NCBI GenBank assembly: GCA_030606485.1
Contig: JAUWGH010000001.1
Span: 480,001-512,000, forward strand
DNA from: Promethearchaeota archaeon
GTDB taxonomy: Archaea > Asgardarchaeota > Lokiarchaeia > Sigyniarchaeales > SOKP01
Direction of reading: 5' to 3'
DNA length: 32,000 bases
Part shown: positions 9,911 to 18,142 of the stretch, one piece after another
Layout of the letters: every line of letters begins with the position of its first letter
Numbering within the stretch: the stretch's first letter is position 1
Program-made: the position numbers and the translations under genes
The notes under the pieces: model-generated
Database searches by the model: none
What the model saw: the letters and a program-made list of their open reading frames with translations, nothing else
What the model was told of the DNA's origin: nothing

Positions 9911-10719
9911 AAAATAAAAATATTAAAATTAGAAATGAACCGTTAGTGGATGTAATTATTCCATTTTATAATGAAGAAATCTATTTACCAAGTTGTATTT
10001 TATCTTTAAAAAGACAGAAATATATTAAAAAAATAATTGGTATTAATGATTTTTCCACTGATAATTCTAAAAGTATTTGTAAAAAACATAATCTTTATGT
10101 GATTGATATGGATGTTCCAAGCAATTTAAGAAAATCTTTACTAGCAGATAACTTAAATTTGGGGTTAAAACATTCGGATGCAAAATATATTTTTAGAATT
10201 GATGCAGATACTGAATTAATTAGTTCAAAATATATTGAAATTTTAGTAGATTTTATGGAAAATGAAAAAAATATGCAATATTATTCAGCAGGAGGTCTCG
10301 TTTATGTAATAAAACCAAGATGGTTAATGATTCTTAATAAATTCTTTAGAAAAATTCCAAGAGGAACTGCAAGAATTTATCGCAGGAGAATTTTAGAAAA
10401 AATAGGAGGTTTTAATTATAAAGAAAACATTTTATATACGAGTACTTTTGGTCGAATGGTTTATGAAGAATCTGATACTGCAACTGACAAAGTAGCAGAA
10501 AAATTGCACTATAAGACTAAATTTATTAGAAAAATTGAAGCCATTCATCACAGACCTTGTAAAATACACTTTACCTATAACTTAATTAGTGATTCATTTT
10601 ATAGAAATATGGTTAAATTATTTTGTGCTTTAATTGGCTTTAGTCCAAAGATGATTCTAAAAGGAATTCAATATTTAAAAATATTATTCAGATATAAAAT
10701 TTCAAGACTTATTGGATAA
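9907..10719 (+). CDS. GT2 family glycosyltransferase
   Basis: VDVIIPFYNEE, INDFSTDNS, DxD motif RIDADT. Confidence 0.9.
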   Translation: MKNKNIKIRNEPLVDVIIPFYNEEIYLPSCILSLKRQKYIKKIIGINDFSTDNSKSICKKHNLYVIDMDVPSNLRKSLLADNLNLGLKHSDAKYIFRIDADTELISSKYIEILVDFMENEKNMQYYSAGGLVYVIKPRWLMILNKFFRKIPRGTARIYRRRILEKIGGFNYKENILYTSTFGRMVYEESDTATDKVAEKLHYKTKFIRKIEAIHHRPCKIHFTYNLISDSFYRNMVKLFCALIGFSPKMILKGIQYLKILFRYKISRLIG

Positions 10720-10948
10720 TCAGAGAATTAAGTCAATCAAATTCAAAAAAATTTATTAGAGGATAATTAATTTCTTATATTTGGTTATTTCATAGAATTA
10801 TTGAATTTTATCCCATTTATAGATTTAAATAAAAATTTAAATATAAAATAAAAATTTAACTCCATACATAAAAAGCCTATTGAAAAATTCAATTTATTTT
10901 GAGAATTGTATAGTTAATAGTCCTTGGACCTTTCTAGACATCAATTTG

Positions 10949-11008
10949 ATGGGCATTGAAGAAGGCATAAAAAAAACATACGAATGGCTTAAAAAGAGGA
11001 ATATTTAA
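10949..11008 (+). pseudogene. C-terminal stub of an NAD-dependent epimerase/dehydratase (extended SDR)
   Basis: MGIEEGIKKTYEWLKKRNI* resembles the extended-SDR terminus (compare SLEEGILILENWIRK of 27007..27951). No upstream SDR sequence is recognisable. Confidence 0.5.
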
Positions 11009-11041
11009 TCGTTATTTTTTAAAATTTCTCAAACTTTTTTA

Positions 11042-11208
11042 TTAAAATTTTAAAGATATAATATATTCTATAAATTCCCTTTTACAATTTGAGACCAATT
11101 ATATTTATTTTTAACCATAACTAATGCATTATTTCTTAATTTAATCTTTTTTTTTATTTTCAAAAATCGTATAAAGCCAAATGGTTGAGCAAGAATGACG
11201 AGATTCGA
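11042..11208 (-). pseudogene. GT4 remnant paralogous to 19808..20956, with a large internal deletion
   Basis: SNLVILAQPFGFIRFLKIKK (matches residues 100-119, SNVVIFTQPLGFTRYLKIKK) is joined directly to KIKLRNNALVMVKNKYNWSQIVK-[+2 nt]-EFIEYIISLKF* (matches residues ~351-382, RLRLRNNALELVKKYDCIQISKEYINYIKDLR*). Confidence 0.8.
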
Positions 11209-11410
11209 TACAGCATAATGAAAACGGTTGGTTATTAGAACAAAATAATGCGGAAACCCTAGAAAAACTTATAGAGAAAGTTCTTTCTGACGATGAAAAG
11301 TTTAAAAAAAAATGAGACAAGCAGCTCGTAAAAGAGGTGAATTTTTTTCTGAATATAAATTTGGCAAGAGTGTTATTGAATTTTTCGAGATGCTAATAGA
11401 AAAATACAAT
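11202..11410 (+). pseudogene. 3' remnant of a GT4 gene paralogous to 14652..15818; frameshift in A9 run
   Basis: DSIQHNENGWLLEQNNAETLEKLIEKVLSDDEKFKK-[slip A9 11304-11312]-MRQAARKRGEFFS...LIEKYN aligns to DTITHNKNGWLLKENNAKNLGKLIEKVLSDNKKLKLISQGALKKSEFFS...LIEKYN. This explains the 92-aa track ORF at 11312. Confidence 0.85.
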
Positions 11411-11439
11411 TTAATAAAAAAAGAATACCTTTTAAAAAA

Positions 11440-12933
11440 TCATATTTTTATGTTTAAACCTCTAATAGCATGCATGATTTTAGACTTTTCATTAGATTCG
11501 ATAATGCTTTGTAAGTGTTTATTTTTTATATCCCTGAATTCATCAACTAAATTAGAATTTTGTTTTATCAAATTAATTTTTTCCCCTTGATCTTCTATTA
11601 AATTGTATAAATATTCTTCATTCTTTTCTTCATCATAAATATATTTCCAAGTCTTCTTTCTAATAGAAAATATTTTATATCCTAACTTGCTGTTTCTTCT
11701 AAATCTTCCTGCTTTTTGATATGACTCTGAAATAACAAAATCTTTTCGATTTATTTCTCTATCTTGCATTATAGGAAATAAATTTCTTCCTTGGAATAAA
11801 TTGGGTATTATTACTCCAAAATAATCTAATATTGTAGGAGCAATATCCATCAATTGAACCATTTCACTAATTCTTTTTATTTTGGGTTTTTTTCCAAGTT
11901 CAATTATGAATAGGGGAACTCTTAAAAGTTCATCATAGACCTGACCCCCATGACTTAAAAATTTATGTTCATAAAATGATTCCCCATGGTCGGCAGTAAT
12001 AATAATTAGACAATGTTTTTTAAATCTCTTGATAAGATAATTAAATAGCTTACCTAGCTGCTCATCAACGTAATTAATTTCACCATCATACAGATCAATT
12101 AATTTATTTAACATTTCGGGAGTCATTTGATTTTTATGGCTCCAAAAAAGGTTATTTAATAAAAAATCACTCTCATTTGCGTCTATACTGTTTTTTCTGA
12201 ATTTTAATAAATTTTTTAATGGAGGGTTATATGGCCAATGAACATCCATAAAATGAGCCCAAATAAATAGAGAGCGTGTTGAGTTAAAATTTTCAATAAA
12301 ATTAATTAATTTTTTTACGATATATGATGCGGTAAATTCTTTACGATTAATAAGAGTAATATTATCCCTTAAAAAATCTATATTATTAAGGATACTTCTA
12401 ATTTTTTCACATCTTGCAAGATGATTAATTATTTTAAAAAATATCTTTTTAAAAATTATATTTCTTAAAAACTTAGAAATATGATTCATAATTAATTCTT
12501 TAATCATTAAGGGTTTTTTACCACTCATATCTCCTTTTTTTTTAATATCTATTTCATGGTTTAATTCTAATGAGTCTAAAAAAATATCAAATCCACGATG
12601 ATAATTAAAAAACCTTCCTAAGTTAGGATTACTATGGATTCCATAGCATATAATTTTATTTTCATTCAATACTTGAGGAAATGTTATTTTTTGGTTAGGT
12701 AATGGACTAAAATCTCCATTTAAATAAGGAAGAATTGAAGTAAATATTGAAGAAAATGAAGATGATGTTTCTGGACCATTAGCAATAGCGTTTGAAAAAG
12801 ATACACCGTTCTTAACAAATTTCTCTAGATTTGGTGCAGTATTTCGGTGATATTTATTTATTCTCAAATGGTCGGGTCTCAAGCAATCTATAGTAAGAAA
12901 AATTACGAGTTTTCGCTTAGAATTATGTGTCAT
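11440..12933 (-). CDS. Alkaline phosphatase superfamily, sulfatase-like hydrolase/transferase
   Basis: IDCLRPDHL, NGPETSSSFSSIFTS, HFMDVHWPY, YDGEINYVD, TADHGE, HGGQVYDELLRVP, E.LYNL..D.GE. No C/S-x-P-x-R. Confidence 0.9.
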   Translation of the reverse strand: MTHNSKRKLVIFLTIDCLRPDHLRINKYHRNTAPNLEKFVKNGVSFSNAIANGPETSSSFSSIFTSILPYLNGDFSPLPNQKITFPQVLNENKIICYGIHSNPNLGRFFNYHRGFDIFLDSLELNHEIDIKKKGDMSGKKPLMIKELIMNHISKFLRNIIFKKIFFKIINHLARCEKIRSILNNIDFLRDNITLINRKEFTASYIVKKLINFIENFNSTRSLFIWAHFMDVHWPYNPPLKNLLKFRKNSIDANESDFLLNNLFWSHKNQMTPEMLNKLIDLYDGEINYVDEQLGKLFNYLIKRFKKHCLIIITADHGESFYEHKFLSHGGQVYDELLRVPLFIIELGKKPKIKRISEMVQLMDIAPTILDYFGVIIPNLFQGRNLFPIMQDREINRKDFVISESYQKAGRFRRNSKLGYKIFSIRKKTWKYIYDEEKNEEYLYNLIEDQGEKINLIKQNSNLVDEFRDIKNKHLQSIIESNEKSKIMHAIRGLNIKI

Positions 12934-12963
12934 TTTAATTAAAAATTACTTTAATCATTTATT

Positions 12964-13098
12964 CTATATGGGATTATTATCACTCACAATAATTTCAATT
13001 TCATTGCTTTGAGAAGTAATTATCTGATTGATAATGTTATTAATTCTTTCTGGACGGTTGTACGAAGGCAAACAAAAGCTAAGCAATACCTTAGACAT
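12964..13098 (-). pseudogene. N-terminal stub (44 aa) of a GT2 glycosyltransferase
   Basis: MSKVLLSFCLPSYNRPERINNIINQIITSQSNEIEIIVSDNNPI* is the canonical GT2 start (S.C.P.YNR...EIIVSDN), ending in TAG at 12966-12964. The ATG lies 8 nt after the upstream stop. Confidence 0.8.
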
Positions 13099-13106
13099 GA
13101 TTATTT

Positions 13107-14264
13107 TTAGATTTTTTTAATTGTAATAAGTTTTTTTATATTTTCTTTTATTTTATATTGTTCTCTCGCACTATCTCCTTTTTTCAAAAGAGAATAAAGA
13201 GAGAAGCCATTTTTGCTTTTAATATCAAGTTTTTTTCCAATCAAATCGTTAATTGTATGAATTAAATCAAATAGTGTAACTTTCCTATGATATTTTTTAC
13301 CTCCAAACTCGTTATTAGGGAATTTTATTAACAACGGGATCTCCTTTTGCAATTCAAACCGACCATGATGGTAGAAAGCATAAAAATCCCATTTACAACT
13401 AAATCTGCTTTTTATATCTGGAAGAAATTTAATAAATTTATGAATTACATTGTATTTCTCATAAATAAAAAAAAGTTTTTTTGTTAAATATCTTCCTATA
13501 TCACCTAAACCTTCACCGTGATCAGAGGTAATTATAATCATTGAATCATCATACATTTTATTTTGCTTTAATAATGAGATTAATTCTCTAACATATATAT
13601 TAATAAGTTCGTAAATTCTCGTGGAATAAGCTTTTTTTACAAATTTTTCGGTTAACTCTTTATTTATAACCCTTTTTAATAGTTTTTTCCCGATCTCAAT
13701 ATAACTTTTGCCTTCAATTTTATTTTTTAAATAATTATTAATGCCATAAATAAAATGAGCATTCCAAAAATGCAGAAAAATAAAATTGTTTTCATCCTTA
13801 TTGATATTTATATATTCCTCCCATTTATTGGGGATATTTCGATCTTCATCATCTGCTGCCCCATAATAATCTTCAAGCGTATCTCCATATAATTTTTTAT
13901 TCCAATTCGATTCCGGTACCATTCCTAAATCATTTATCATTTCATCACGGAAAGGTCTATAGTTTTTTATGTAAGGTTCCACAATATGTTTAAGGGGGTA
14001 TCCGTTGATAATTGCACTATTACAGAAAGAACGTGTTTTAAATCCCAACTTTTTTAATTGAGCTGGAAAATTTTGATTTTTTGCTTTATTGAAATAATCA
14101 CCGAAAAACATTGTATAATGAGAGATAAATGTAGCCGTATATATCGAATAGCAATTAGTAAAATCTACAAAATTATTTTTTAATTCATCTAAAGTGTTTT
14201 TAATCTTATTAAAAAAAAAATCTCTTCTAACGCTATCAAGAACTATAAGTATAATATTTTTCAT
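13107..14264 (-). CDS. Alkaline phosphatase superfamily, sulfatase-like hydrolase/transferase
   Basis: IVLDSVRRD, YTATFISHYTMFFG, FLHFWNAH, TSDHGEGLG, HHG...IPLLIKFP. No C/S-x-P-x-R. Confidence 0.85.
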   Translation of the reverse strand: MKNIILIVLDSVRRDFFFNKIKNTLDELKNNFVDFTNCYSIYTATFISHYTMFFGDYFNKAKNQNFPAQLKKLGFKTRSFCNSAIINGYPLKHIVEPYIKNYRPFRDEMINDLGMVPESNWNKKLYGDTLEDYYGAADDEDRNIPNKWEEYININKDENNFIFLHFWNAHFIYGINNYLKNKIEGKSYIEIGKKLLKRVINKELTEKFVKKAYSTRIYELINIYVRELISLLKQNKMYDDSMIIITSDHGEGLGDIGRYLTKKLFFIYEKYNVIHKFIKFLPDIKSRFSCKWDFYAFYHHGRFELQKEIPLLIKFPNNEFGGKKYHRKVTLFDLIHTINDLIGKKLDIKSKNGFSLYSLLKKGDSAREQYKIKENIKKLITIKKI

Positions 14265-14651
14265 TAGATTCTCTATATTTTAATTTTTCTAATTTTTTTA
14301 TTAATGAAGTCAATTTTAGGAATTGTAGCAACAATTGTTTCTGTGTTTATTACTGTTCATTTACCTAAGGAATATATAATATTTTATACTGGAATACTTA
14401 AAATATTTGTCGAGTTTATTTTATTTCATAAGAAAAAATTCAAATTTTCTTGGATTGAGCGGGGATTCATCACCTTCTCTTTAATTTTCAAATAAACCCA
14501 GATTATTAATTAAGATATTTTTAATTGACATGTAATAATACTTATTAAAACTCAATTATTATTAGCCTTTGTATTTAAAGAATTAATGATACATATTAAA
14601 AATGAAACTATTTGACTCTTTTAAAAAAGCAAACATTTTCACTTTCCAATA

Positions 14652-15818
14652 ATGATTGTTCTCATTTGTTTGAGTTTTTTTGGTCCAGGAGCTGTAATGA
14701 GGCGTGCAAGAGAAGAAGTAAAAGCATTATTAAATGCTGGACATCATGTAACTGTCATTACTGATTTAAAATATTCTCAATATCTAAATACATTTAAGGA
14801 ATTCAAAAATAAACCTTATATAATACCGATCAAACCATTTTATCTACATCCCAGACCAATACGGAAGGTTTCACTCAGGATAATTTCACGAGAATTATCT
14901 TTTGCTTTTCAGTGCTATTATCATCTTAAAACGCTGGCCAAAAAAGAATCTATTGATTTAATTGTGAGTCATCAAACGACTATTTGTTATGCTGTGGCTC
15001 GATTCGCAAAAAAAAATAAGATCCCAAGTGTTTTCGTTATTCAAGAATTAATAAAAGATAATATTGCTACTAAAAGCAATCCATATAATTGGTTAACCAC
15101 GCAATTGTATAAACATTCAAATCGATATGCATTATCGAATATGCACTATTCAATTGCAGTTTCAAATTACATAAAAAATTTGGCAATTAAAGAGAGAGCT
15201 AGACCAAAAAATGTTTTTGTGAACAATAATTTCGTTGATACGCAAATTTTTCAACCTGATGAAGAAAAAACCAAAGACATTGATGTATTATACATTGGAC
15301 GCCTTTCTATCGAAAAGGGTGTAAATATTTTAATCAATGCAACTAAGTACCTTTCTAGAAATAGGAGTATTTTAATTATTGGAGATGGAATTTTACGCAA
15401 AAATTTGGAATATCAAGCTCAGCATTCAAAATGTAATATAAAATTTCAGGGTTGGGTTGAACATATATTACTTCCACAATTTATCCAACGTGCTAAAATT
15501 GTAGTAGCACCTTCATTGTCAGAAGCACATGCGGCTGTTCCATTAGAAGCTATGGCTTGTGGTGTTCCTGTAATTGGTAGCCAAGCAGGAGGTATGTCAG
15601 ATACAATAACTCATAATAAAAACGGTTGGTTGCTAAAAGAAAATAATGCAAAAAATTTAGGAAAACTTATTGAAAAAGTTCTATCTGATAATAAAAAATT
15701 AAAGTTAATAAGTCAGGGTGCGCTTAAAAAATCAGAATTTTTTTCTAAAAATAATTTTAGGCAAAGAATAGTCGATTTATACGAGAATTTAATAGAAAAA
15801 TACAATGCGAATAATTAG
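14652..15818 (+). CDS. GT4 family glycosyltransferase
   Basis: YIGRLSIEKG, IGDG, PSLSEAHAAVPLEAMACGVPVIGSQAGG (the usual E-x-F-G is replaced by E-A-H-A). Confidence 0.92.
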   Translation: MIVLICLSFFGPGAVMRRAREEVKALLNAGHHVTVITDLKYSQYLNTFKEFKNKPYIIPIKPFYLHPRPIRKVSLRIISRELSFAFQCYYHLKTLAKKESIDLIVSHQTTICYAVARFAKKNKIPSVFVIQELIKDNIATKSNPYNWLTTQLYKHSNRYALSNMHYSIAVSNYIKNLAIKERARPKNVFVNNNFVDTQIFQPDEEKTKDIDVLYIGRLSIEKGVNILINATKYLSRNRSILIIGDGILRKNLEYQAQHSKCNIKFQGWVEHILLPQFIQRAKIVVAPSLSEAHAAVPLEAMACGVPVIGSQAGGMSDTITHNKNGWLLKENNAKNLGKLIEKVLSDNKKLKLISQGALKKSEFFSKNNFRQRIVDLYENLIEKYNANN

Positions 15819-15876
15819 TTGTCAAGTAAAAATTAAATTAATAAATAGTATAAAAAGGAAATAATAGAGAAGTTTA

Positions 15877-16905
15877 ATGTTAAAAATAGATTTTAATTTA
15901 TCAATTTTAATCCCAGCGTGGAATGCAGAAAAGTATATAGAAAACACTATTAAATCTCTCTTAAAAAATAATTATGAAAACTATAAAATCATTATAATTG
16001 CAGGAGGTTCGGATGAAACTTATAATCTTGCGTTGAAATTACAAAAGGAGAATCTTAATAAGATTATTGTCTTAGAGCAGAAAATCCCTCATATAAATAA
16101 GGCATTAAATATTGGCTTAAAAGAAGCAGATGGAGATATAATTGTTCTTACAGATATAGATTGTATTTTTTTTAAAGAATGGCTATCAAAAATAAATGAA
16201 ATATTTCAAAACAAGAAATATAATGTCATCACTGGTACTGCTTTTCCATTTCAAGATAGAAATAATTCTCTTGCAGAATTCTGTAATCTAACTGTTGGAT
16301 ATTTTATTGCTAGTCGTGAGCAGGCTGAAGTTATCGATGGAGGTAAATTGTGTGGTGCAAATTCAGCATTCAGGAAAAATATTTTTTTAAAAAAACTTGG
16401 AAAATTCAATGAAAATATAAAAACTCAGGATGATAGGTACTTAGGCTTACAATTTAATAAACATGGAGAAAATATCTTTTTTTTCAAAGATATTTATGTA
16501 TATACCGAATATTATACAGATAATTTAAAAAATTTTTTAAAAAGAGAGATCCGATGGACAAGAAGTAAGTTAATTTCTTTAAATAAAAAAACTTTCCTTC
16601 AAATTTTAATTTCACTTGGAATTGGATTATTTAAACTATTTTATCCCATTGTAGCGGTATTATTAGCGTTATTATTTTTTAATATTTCATATATTTTGTT
16701 ATTTCTATTACCTTGGATTATGATATATTTTTATGTTCTCATTAAATATTACTTCAAATTAAAGAAATCCAGTATTAAAGTATACGAACAACTACATAAA
16801 AAATTCAGTTATAAGAATGCATTTAAAATAGTTCCACTAATGTTTTTTATCTCGGCAATACCTCCAGTAATCGGTTATTTATTACCAAAAGGGGATAAAT
16901 GGTGA
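15877..16905 (+). CDS. GT2 family glycosyltransferase with C-terminal TM helices (atypical AGG motif)
   Basis: SILIPAWN, IIIAGGSDET, LTDID, GANSAFRK, QDD, REIRW, hydrophobic C-terminus. Confidence 0.88.
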   Translation: MLKIDFNLSILIPAWNAEKYIENTIKSLLKNNYENYKIIIIAGGSDETYNLALKLQKENLNKIIVLEQKIPHINKALNIGLKEADGDIIVLTDIDCIFFKEWLSKINEIFQNKKYNVITGTAFPFQDRNNSLAEFCNLTVGYFIASREQAEVIDGGKLCGANSAFRKNIFLKKLGKFNENIKTQDDRYLGLQFNKHGENIFFFKDIYVYTEYYTDNLKNFLKREIRWTRSKLISLNKKTFLQILISLGIGLFKLFYPIVAVLLALLFFNISYILLFLLPWIMIYFYVLIKYYFKLKKSSIKVYEQLHKKFSYKNAFKIVPLMFFISAIPPVIGYLLPKGDKW

Positions 16906-16935
16906 TGTTAGAAAATAAATATTTACTATTAAAAA

Positions 16936-17886
16936 TTAATATCTTGAACCTTTAAAATGACCTATTGTTTCTACTTTCTTGGTTAATTTTCCCAAAAAAG
17001 TTCTAACTTTTTGAAGATTTTCAAAAAATTCGAAGAAGAACATAGTAAAAATATGCTTATTCTTTAAATATTTTTTATTAGGTATTTTCATCATTTTATT
17101 CAAGACATATAAAAAAATAATTGGTGGAAATAAAACCAAAATTGCACCCAAAAACATCTCGATAATTATAATTCTCTTATTATCTTTATGTAAATCATAA
17201 AACGCAGAATACCATCGATTTGTGCCTTTTAATAAAAATCTTGTATTATCTAATCTTGGGGTTATAACACAAGCAGTATTTACAAATCCCAATTTTTTAT
17301 TATTTTTTTTTAAAACCATACTCATGTAATAATCTACTCCAGCAGTACTCTTATTTGTAAAGAAATTTTCGACACCAATCTCATTTATAATCTCCCTTTT
17401 TAAAGAGATTGTAGCGGCACCTAATAAAGAAGATAAATTGTTAGGATTACTAGCCCAAATTAACTTACTAATGATGTGATGATTATAAATAAAGCCTTTT
17501 TGAATTTTAGGTAAATAATTACACCCAACAGCATCAAATTTTTTTAAAAATTTAACAATTTCAATTGCGAAATTTGAGGAAACAATTGTGTCAGCATCTA
17601 TTAAACTAATATAATCCCCCTTTGCTTTTTTTATTCCTTTAATTAAAGCACCTGATTTAAAATCTCCTAAATTCTGTTTGAGTGTAAAAACTTTATCGAA
17701 ATTCTCTAATTTTATTTCCTTACAAATAATATATGTGTTATCAGTTCCACCTGCAACAAAAATTAATTCACTATATTTGAAAGGTAATTTTAATCTTCGA
17801 AGAAATTCAGATGTTTCTAATATGACTTTTTGTTCATTCCATGCAGGAATGATTATTGATAGAGTTTCATTCATAGGAAATTTCAA
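16936..17886 (-). CDS. GT2 family glycosyltransferase (atypical AGG motif), related to 15877..16905
   Basis: SIIIPAWNE, FVAGGTDNT, LIDADT, GVD, TNRW. Start is TTG at 17886 or ATG at 17874. Confidence 0.87.
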   Translation of the reverse strand: MKFPMNETLSIIIPAWNEQKVILETSEFLRRLKLPFKYSELIFVAGGTDNTYIICKEIKLENFDKVFTLKQNLGDFKSGALIKGIKKAKGDYISLIDADTIVSSNFAIEIVKFLKKFDAVGCNYLPKIQKGFIYNHHIISKLIWASNPNNLSSLLGAATISLKREIINEIGVENFFTNKSTAGVDYYMSMVLKKNNKKLGFVNTACVITPRLDNTRFLLKGTNRWYSAFYDLHKDNKRIIIIEMFLGAILVLFPPIIFLYVLNKMMKIPNKKYLKNKHIFTMFFFEFFENLQKVRTFLGKLTKKVETIGHFKGSRY

Positions 17887-18142
17887 TTCCTTATCTAAAT
17901 TTTATGAATTAGTATAATTTACAAATTTCTTTACTACAATAACTGATTAGAAATTTATTTTTAAGAAATTAAATGCATCTTTATTTAAATAATAAGAGAA
18001 TTATTTAGAACAAGAAATATTTCACAATTTCAAATTAATTCTGTTATAAATAATTAATATTTCTTAAATAAAACGAGCTTTATTTACTATCTTTTCAATA
18101 AGATTGATTTTAACCAATTTCTTTTTTTATCAAAAGAGGTTT

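Noticed and set aside
10745-10835. Possible extra protein tail (KFIRG*LISYIWLFHRIIEFYPIYRFK*)
   Set aside because: Too short and non-specific to assign to any family by eye.
11312-11590. 92-aa ORF as a standalone gene
   Set aside because: Its first ~33 codons are the post-frameshift part of the GT4 remnant; the rest is run-on antisense to the sulfatase-like gene.
14304-14495. 63-aa hydrophobic plus-strand ORF as a small membrane protein
   Set aside because: No motif; hydrophobic ORFs arise easily in AT-rich DNA, and the minus strand shows hints of a relic instead.
14602-14652. 16-codon upstream ORF (MKLFDSFKKANIFTFQ*) overlapping the GT4 start via TAATG
   Set aside because: It could be a leader peptide or a frameshifted N-terminus, but the GT4 already starts with a plausible beta-strand and there is no supporting evidence.
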